Of a stretch of 61,023 nt of DNA, positions 55,131-61,023 are shown piece after piece. The position numbers and the translations under genes were made by a program. The notes beneath the pieces were generated by a model. That model ran no database searches. It worked only from the letters and a program-made list of their open reading frames with translations, and was not told the DNA's origin. The number at the start of each line of letters is the position of its first letter. Position 1 is the stretch's first letter. The DNA comes from Gammaproteobacteria bacterium (lineage in GTDB: Bacteria; Pseudomonadota; Gammaproteobacteria; GCA-001735895): NCBI GenBank assembly GCA_024232855.1, contig JAAEPH010000056.1, forward strand, positions 1 to 61,023. Direction: 5' to 3'.

Positions 55131-56303
55131 ATGTCAGACCATATTGTCCACGCCTATCAATCCCTGCCTGTCGAATTCAGTCACGGAGACGGATGCTATC
55201 TGTGGGACAAGGAAGGCAATCAGTACCTGGACGCGCTCTGCGGCATATCGGTAACCAGCCTGGGGCACAACTACCCGGCGTTGACCGCGGCCATCCAGCA
55301 GCAGGCGGCAACGCTACTGCACACCTCTAATCTGTACTCGATTACCTGGCAGCAAAAGCTGGCCGACCTGCTTTGTGAAAGCGCCGCCATGGATCGGGTA
55401 TTCTTCGCCAATTCCGGCGCAGAAGCTAACGAGGCGGCCATCAAACTGGCGCGCCTGTACGGTCACCGGCAAGGCATCAGGAATCCACAGATCGTCGTCA
55501 TGCAGCATGCGTTCCACGGACGCACCATGGCCACGCTCAGCGCGACCGGCAGCCGCAAGGTTCAGGCAGGCTTCGAACCACTGGTCTCCGGCTTCGTGCG
55601 TGCGCCCTACAATGACATCGCTTCGCTCAAAGCCATTGCGGAAAATAACCGTAATGTTGTCGCCATCCTGGTGGAGCCGGTGCAGGGAGAGGCCGGAATC
55701 GTTATCCCCGACCCGGGCTACCTGGGCGCATTGCGGCGTATCTGCGATGAAAATGGCTGGTTGTTGATGCTCGACGAAATTCAAACCGGCATGGCGCGCA
55801 GCGGCAAGATGTTTGCCTGTCAGCATGAGGCGGTGCTGCCCGATGTCATGACCCTGGCCAAGGCGCTGGGCAACGGCGTACCGATCGGCGCCTGTGTTAC
55901 CCGGGGACACGCCGCCGATGTAATCAAACCCGGCAACCACGGCTCCACCTTTGGCGGAAACCCCCTGGCCTGCCGCGCTGGATATACCGTACTGCAAAGC
56001 ATGATCGAATCAGGCGTTGCCGAAAACGCGGCGCTGCGCGGCAGGCAGTTGGCCGAAGCTCTGCGCAAGGGGCTGGCAGACACACGGTGTGTCGCCGAAG
56101 TTCGTCATCTGGGTTTGCTGCTGGCAATACAGATGAATATCCCCTGTCAGGGTCTAGTTGTGCAAGCGCTGGAACAGGGACTGCTGATCAATGTCACCGC
56201 GGAATCGGTTATCCGCCTGTTACCCCCGCTGATCATCAGCGAGACTGAAACCATCGAAATTGCCGATAAGTTAATCGCCTGTATCAACCACTTCACAGAA
56301 TAA
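55131..56303 (+). CDS. argD: Acetylornithine aminotransferase
   Basis: [33 protein letters not shown]; adjacent to argF. Confidence 0.95.
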   Translation: MSDHIVHAYQSLPVEFSHGDGCYLWDKEGNQYLDALCGISVTSLGHNYPALTAAIQQQAATLLHTSNLYSITWQQKLADLLCESAAMDRVFFANSGAEANEAAIKLARLYGHRQGIRNPQIVVMQHAFHGRTMATLSATGSRKVQAGFEPLVSGFVRAPYNDIASLKAIAENNRNVVAILVEPVQGEAGIVIPDPGYLGALRRICDENGWLLMLDEIQTGMARSGKMFACQHEAVLPDVMTLAKALGNGVPIGACVTRGHAADVIKPGNHGSTFGGNPLACRAGYTVLQSMIESGVAENAALRGRQLAEALRKGLADTRCVAEVRHLGLLLAIQMNIPCQGLVVQALEQGLLINVTAESVIRLLPPLIISETETIEIADKLIACINHFTE

Positions 56304-56307
56304 CACC

Positions 56308-57219
56308 ATGCCTATGCGTCATTTTTTAAGCGTGCTGGATTTAAACAGCGACGAACACCGGTCATTGATCGCACATGCCATCGATGTCAAACAAAAACTC
56401 GGGCAGGGAATTTCGCACAACCCTCTGAGCGGCAAGTTGCTGGCCATGATTTTTGAAAAGTCATCGACGCGAACCCGGGTTTCCTTCGAGGCGGGAATGT
56501 ACCAGCTTGGCGGGCATGCCATGTTCATGTCGCCGCGCGACAGTCACCTGGGGCGCGGTGAACCCATCGAAGACAGCGCACGCGTTATATCGAGCATGGC
56601 GGACGGCATCCTCATACGCACCTTCGGGCATGATCGTATCGAAACCCTGGCGCAGCACTCCTGCGTGCCGGTCATCAACGGCCTCAGCGATCGGTTACAC
56701 CCCTGCCAGTTGCTGGCCGACATGCAGACCTGGTTCGAGCAGCGCGGCGATATCGCCGGCGCCAGCGTCGCCTGGATCGGCGACGGCAACAATATGTGCC
56801 ACTCCTACATCAATGCCGCGATACGTTTTGGTTTTGATCTCAGTATCGCCTGCCCGTCCGGCCACGAACCCGATGCCGGTCTGGTGCAAAGCGGCGGTCA
56901 TCGTATCAGCCTGCATGAATCGGCGTCGGACGCCGCCCGCGGCGCGGATCTGGTGGTCACGGATGTCTGGGCGAGCATGGGTCAGGAACAGGAACAGGAG
57001 CAGCGCCTGCAAACCTTCGCCGACTATCAGGTTAACCGGCAGGTCATGCAACAGGCCCATAACGACGCCCTGTTCATGCATTGCCTGCCCGCACACCGTG
57101 AAGAAGAAGTCACCACCGAAGTTCTCGAAAGCGCACAATCGGTAGTCTGGCAGGAAGCGGAAAATCGCCTGCATGCGCAGAAAGCGCTGCTCGAGTTTTT
57201 GATCGCCGGAGGGCTTTAA
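56308..57219 (+). CDS. argF: Ornithine carbamoyltransferase
   Basis: SSTRTR, HPCQ, WASMG, HCLP. Confidence 0.98.
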   Translation: MPMRHFLSVLDLNSDEHRSLIAHAIDVKQKLGQGISHNPLSGKLLAMIFEKSSTRTRVSFEAGMYQLGGHAMFMSPRDSHLGRGEPIEDSARVISSMADGILIRTFGHDRIETLAQHSCVPVINGLSDRLHPCQLLADMQTWFEQRGDIAGASVAWIGDGNNMCHSYINAAIRFGFDLSIACPSGHEPDAGLVQSGGHRISLHESASDAARGADLVVTDVWASMGQEQEQEQRLQTFADYQVNRQVMQQAHNDALFMHCLPAHREEEVTTEVLESAQSVVWQEAENRLHAQKALLEFLIAGGL

Positions 57220-57220
57220 C

Positions 57221-57278
57221 CCTAAAATCCTCAGTTGAACCTACTGCGGTCGTCTACGATTCAACTGAGGATTTTAGG
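57221..57278. mobile_element. 58-bp minimal MITE with TTAAC duplication
   Basis: TTAAC-CCTAAAATCCTCAGTTGAA-N20-TTCAACTGAGGATTTTAGG-TTAAC; perfect 19-bp terminal inverted repeats. Confidence 0.8.
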
Positions 57279-57314
57279 TTAACCAGCTCATCACAAGGCC
57301 CGGGACCGGCCGGG

Positions 57315-58517
57315 TTAACCTTCCATAACTTCGAGGCGGTCCCGGCCCCGTTCCTTGGCCAGCTTTAATGCGGCATCGACCCTGACCAGGAGTTCGCGCG
57401 AGTAGCTTCCCGGCGCTACCGTCTGGCTACCGAGACCGATGCTCAGTGTGAGGTGGTCGGCACAGGCCGATTTGACGTGTTCAATTTTATCCTGTGCGAA
57501 TGCCTGCCTGATTCCGAGTGCGATCTCGCGCGCATCCTCGCAGCTGAGGCCCGGCAACAGCAACGCGAACTCGGCGCCGTGCAGGCGCGCCACCATCTGG
57601 TTCTTGTGCGATAGCTGCTTGCCGAGAAGACGGGCAAGCTGTTGCAGGTGACGGTCCCCTGCCTCTTGCCCGTAATGGGCATTGAACTCATGGTAGTAAT
57701 CGATATTCAGCTTGATCAGCGAAACCTGCTCCTGGCTGCCTCGATACTGGCGCCAGATATCTTCCAGCTGCACGCGGAAGGCGCGGTAGTTGGAAACCCC
57801 GGTCAATTCGTCGCTGGTCGATATTTTCTCCAGCGCCTTGTTGCTCTGCGAGACCGATTGCAGCAGGCGCTGCAGGTCATCGATCAGGGTTTCATTGTCG
57901 TAGCGATAGTAAAGTGCGTCGTTGACCAGTTCATGCATGCGTTTGACGCTGATGAACCCGGCCACCATGAAGAACAGGTAGAGCGAACTGAGCGCATAGG
58001 TTGCCGAACTCTGCTGCAAGAACAGCCACAGGGTTACCGGCATCATGATCGTGACCATGTAGCCGATGTAAGCGCGTAACGAGGTCGAAAGATAAGCGAT
58101 CGCTCCGGCGACCATGATCAGCAGCATCGAATGCAGAATTATCTGCATATTCGTAGTGATATATGGCATCAACAAGGCGGCGCCGCATCCGAGCATCAAG
58201 CCCGTCACGACGACACCGACGAGAAAGCGATCGTGCCATTGCTGATACGGGAAATAGCCGCTGTCGCGAATTGCCAGGAACTGGTGCAGCTGCCGAGCAC
58301 GCACCAGCATGACCAGACACAGGAGCGCGAACCATCCGATCACCCAGTGTTCACGCCCCTGTATCGACAGTTCCACGTAAGCCAGTAACGACGCCACGGC
58401 TGATACGAAAAGGGTGATATGCCGGCCCAGGCGAAAGCGCTCATACAGAAAAATCACGAGCTCCTGCTGCTGCAGGTGGTGACTGCTGACTGGCGGGCCT
58501 TCGGTATTAATCGTCAA
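57315..58517 (-). CDS. Membrane protein with non-canonical GGDEF domain (HGAEF)
   Basis: Five to six TM segments, coiled linker, DELTGVSN, FNAHYG, RLHGAEF, AKERGRDR. Confidence 0.88.
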   Translation of the reverse strand: MTINTEGPPVSSHHLQQQELVIFLYERFRLGRHITLFVSAVASLLAYVELSIQGREHWVIGWFALLCLVMLVRARQLHQFLAIRDSGYFPYQQWHDRFLVGVVVTGLMLGCGAALLMPYITTNMQIILHSMLLIMVAGAIAYLSTSLRAYIGYMVTIMMPVTLWLFLQQSSATYALSSLYLFFMVAGFISVKRMHELVNDALYYRYDNETLIDDLQRLLQSVSQSNKALEKISTSDELTGVSNYRAFRVQLEDIWRQYRGSQEQVSLIKLNIDYYHEFNAHYGQEAGDRHLQQLARLLGKQLSHKNQMVARLHGAEFALLLPGLSCEDAREIALGIRQAFAQDKIEHVKSACADHLTLSIGLGSQTVAPGSYSRELLVRVDAALKLAKERGRDRLEVMEG

Positions 58518-58547
58518 ACCCCTGTGTGGTCTATATTAGTTTATTGA

Positions 58548-58575
58548 CCCGGCGACAATATATATTGTCGCCGGG
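58548..58575. promoter_or_regulatory. Perfect 28-bp palindrome in divergent promoter region
   Basis: CCCGGCGACAATAT|ATATTGTCGCCGGG. Confidence 0.55.
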
Positions 58576-58626
58576 CCAGAACGATTATTATATAGTGCGT
58601 TTCGAGTTTAGCGGACAACGGCAGAA

Positions 58627-59937
58627 ATGAGCAATACGCAGGACCATGTACGGTGGTTTCGGGATGCGGCGCCTTATATAAAGGCGCATCGCAAGAAAAC
58701 CTTTGTCGTCATGATTTCGGACGAGGTGATTTACTCGGAGCGATTCATCGGCCTGGTGCACGATATTGCGCTGCTCAACCATCTCGGTATCAAGCTTGTT
58801 ATTCTGCACGGCAGCCGCAGCAGCATCGATTCCCATCTCGCCAGCAATAACCTGGAAGCGCATTATCATCAGAACATACGCATTACCGATATCGAATCGC
58901 TGCCCTACGTGGTGCAGGCGATCAATGCCGTCAAAACCCACTTAGAGTCGCAACTTTCCACGGGCCTGCCAAATACACCGATGTCCGGTTCGGAAATAGC
59001 CCTGGCCAGCGGCAATTTTGTAACCGGCATGCCGCTCGGTGTCATCGACGGCGTCGACATGCAGCATTCCGGCAAAGTACGCTATATCAGGCACGAGGCG
59101 ATAAAGGAATTGCTCGATCTCAACCACGTGGTGCTGTTGTCAAACCTGGGGTACTCTCGCACCGGCGAAGTTTTCAATTTACCGACCGAGGAACTGGCCG
59201 GGGAGGTCGCGCGCGCGCTCAGGGCCGACAAGCTGATTTACATCCATGAAGGCGCGCGCAACGGCGAAAAACAGGCCTCTACCCTGTCGACCGCCGACTG
59301 CGAGGCATTGCTGCAACAGCCGGACACGAGCGATGACCTGAAAAGCCTTTTGCACCAGGCAAAGCTGGCGATTCAGGCGCAGGTCAAACGGGTCCACCTC
59401 ATCGATCAGCAGGTCGATGGCGGTTTGCTGCTGGAACTGTTTACCCGTGACGGCTATGGAACCATGATCACGAACCTGTTTTACGAGGGTAACAGGCCGG
59501 CCAGCATAGAGGATATCGGCGGCATCGTCAGCCTCATAGAGCCGCTCGAAAACAGCGGTGTACTGGTGGCCAGATCACGCGAACAAATGGAACTGCAAAT
59601 CAGGCATTTCCAGGTTATCGAAAAAGACGGCATGATTATCGCCTGCATCGCCTGCATTCCCGATGAAGAAGCAAAGGTTGCCGAAATTGCCTGCCTGGCG
59701 GTACACCAGGGCTATCAGCGCACCGGGTTGGCCAGCCAATTACTGCAAATCGCAGAGGATCGGGCGCTGAAACAGGGCGTGAATCGACTTTATACCCTGA
59801 CGACTCGCACCTCGCACTGGTTTATCGAACACGGTTTCAATGAAGACCGTAACTTCGAGATACCGGCCGCCAAACGCGGTAGCTACAACCCCAAACGAGG
59901 TTCGAAGATACTCTTGAAGTCACTAAATGTCTTATGA
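58627..59937 (+). CDS. argA: Amino-acid N-acetyltransferase (N-acetylglutamate synthase)
   Basis: WFRDAAPYIKAHR, LLELFTRDG, C-terminal GNAT domain (LTTRTSHWF, YNPKRGSK). Confidence 0.97.
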   Translation: MSNTQDHVRWFRDAAPYIKAHRKKTFVVMISDEVIYSERFIGLVHDIALLNHLGIKLVILHGSRSSIDSHLASNNLEAHYHQNIRITDIESLPYVVQAINAVKTHLESQLSTGLPNTPMSGSEIALASGNFVTGMPLGVIDGVDMQHSGKVRYIRHEAIKELLDLNHVVLLSNLGYSRTGEVFNLPTEELAGEVARALRADKLIYIHEGARNGEKQASTLSTADCEALLQQPDTSDDLKSLLHQAKLAIQAQVKRVHLIDQQVDGGLLLELFTRDGYGTMITNLFYEGNRPASIEDIGGIVSLIEPLENSGVLVARSREQMELQIRHFQVIEKDGMIIACIACIPDEEAKVAEIACLAVHQGYQRTGLASQLLQIAEDRALKQGVNRLYTLTTRTSHWFIEHGFNEDRNFEIPAAKRGSYNPKRGSKILLKSLNVL

Positions 59938-60835
59938 TCTGACCAATTACCTGGTAATAGGCGTCTCCTCGCGCGCACTGTTCGACCTCAGTCTCGAGAA
60001 CGAAATCTACGAGAATGAAGGCCTGGAGGCCTACTGCCAGTATCAGCTTGAGCATGAAAACGACGTTCTCAAACCCGGCACCGGGTTCGCCCTGATCGAG
60101 GCAATGCTCGCCATCAACAACATCGATCCCGGGGTACGCCGCACTGAGGTCGTCATTATTTCTCGAAACTCGGCAGACACCAGTTTGCGCATTTCCAATT
60201 CGATCGACGATCACAAGCTCGATATTACGCGCGCCGCCTTCACCGGTGGGGAACCGGTTGCCAAGTACCTGAATGCCTTTGAGGTCGACCTCTTTCTATC
60301 CGCGACCGAGGAGGATGTTCAGGCGGCGGTGGAGTCGGATGTTGCGGCTGGCCTGATCTACGACGGCCCCAGCCGCGACCGAAGCGATCCGTTACAACAG
60401 ATCAGAATTGCCTTCGACGGCGATGCGGTACTTTTTTCCAAGGAGTCGGAAATGATTTACCAGCAACAGGGGCTCGAGGCTTTTATCGACCACGAGCAAA
60501 AAAACGCCCAGAAGCCGTTACCCGAAGGCCCCTTCGCAAAACTGCTGAAGACGCTGTCATTTCTACAATTCGACCTCAACAGCAGCAACCGGCAATCCAG
60601 TCCGCCCATCCGTACCGCGCTGGTCACCGCCCGCAACAGCCCCGCTCACGAGCGGGTCATCCGCACCCTGCGCACCTGGAAGGTGCGCATCGATGAAACC
60701 TTTTTTCTCGGCGGCGTTCCCAAGCACAAGATCCTTGAGTCTTTCTCGCCGCATATCTTTTTCGATGATCAACATCAACATTGCGAAGGGGCATCCCGGG
60801 TAGTGCCGACGGCGCGCGTGCCGCACAAGGACTAG
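59927..60835 (+). CDS. 5'-nucleotidase (cN-I-like HAD family)
   Basis: LVIGVSSRALF, RIAFDGDAVLF, ALVTARN, PHIFFDDQ. Confidence 0.93.
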   Translation: MSYDLTNYLVIGVSSRALFDLSLENEIYENEGLEAYCQYQLEHENDVLKPGTGFALIEAMLAINNIDPGVRRTEVVIISRNSADTSLRISNSIDDHKLDITRAAFTGGEPVAKYLNAFEVDLFLSATEEDVQAAVESDVAAGLIYDGPSRDRSDPLQQIRIAFDGDAVLFSKESEMIYQQQGLEAFIDHEQKNAQKPLPEGPFAKLLKTLSFLQFDLNSSNRQSSPPIRTALVTARNSPAHERVIRTLRTWKVRIDETFFLGGVPKHKILESFSPHIFFDDQHQHCEGASRVVPTARVPHKD

Positions 60836-60891
60836 CCCCGCATTTCTCACCACCGGATCGACGGCGCGGGACTACTCAATAAAGGTTCTCG
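60832..60891. mobile_element. End of a MITE/REP composite forming the intron 3' exon
   Basis: Reverse complement closely matches 41777-41836; starts at the CTAG containing the nucleotidase stop. Confidence 0.8.
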
Positions 60892-61023
60892 GTAGAGTAG
60901 GGGCCAGGCGAAACCTGGCCCCCCTCGTCAAACGCAGCATGCGGCTTTCCCGCACTACGCTTTCCTGCTGCCTTCACAATAGAGCTATCGCAAGGGAATT
61001 TAGCAGTCAGAGCTGCAACAAGC
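60892..61023 (-). mobile_element. Group II intron 3' end (domains V and VI); remainder outside the window
   Basis: DV AAGCGTAGTGCGGGAAAGCCGCATGCTGCGTTT has the AGC triad, GAAA loop and 2-nt bulge. DVI GAGGGGGGCCAGG-TTTCG-CCTGGCCCCT-A-CTC has the bulged A and ends in AC. Confidence 0.92.

Overview
GC-rich gammaproteobacterial chromosome segment, mostly core genes. Minus strand: tRNA-fMet/rimP-nusA-infB-rbfA-truB-rpsO-pnp, nuoA-N, tRNA-Leu, secG-tpiA, rlmE-ftsH-folP-glmM, carAB-greA, aceEF-lpdA, grxD. Plus strand: pyrC-rnt, argD-argF, argA. Accessory DNA is small: an IS-truncated higB-type toxin, a frameshifted metallophosphoesterase between 20-bp direct repeats, and a phd-vapC islet. The most unusual signal is intergenic. 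(1) A group II intron 3' end (domains V-VI, 60892-61023, minus) sits in one arm of an inverted REP pair carried by a MITE. An empty copy of that site is at 41589-41836. Two other copies (39804-39842, 42549-42587) hold 39-bp palindromes made of two head-to-head intron 3' ends, apparently collapsed intron scars. (2) MITEs with CCCGCATATCTCACC ends have inserted into the first codons of truB and rnt, and each time the element's outward-facing ATG restores the host reading frame. Two further palindromic MITEs with 5-bp target duplications lie at 49254-49416 and 57221-57278. All calls come from reading the sequence and ORF track by eye; no searches were run.
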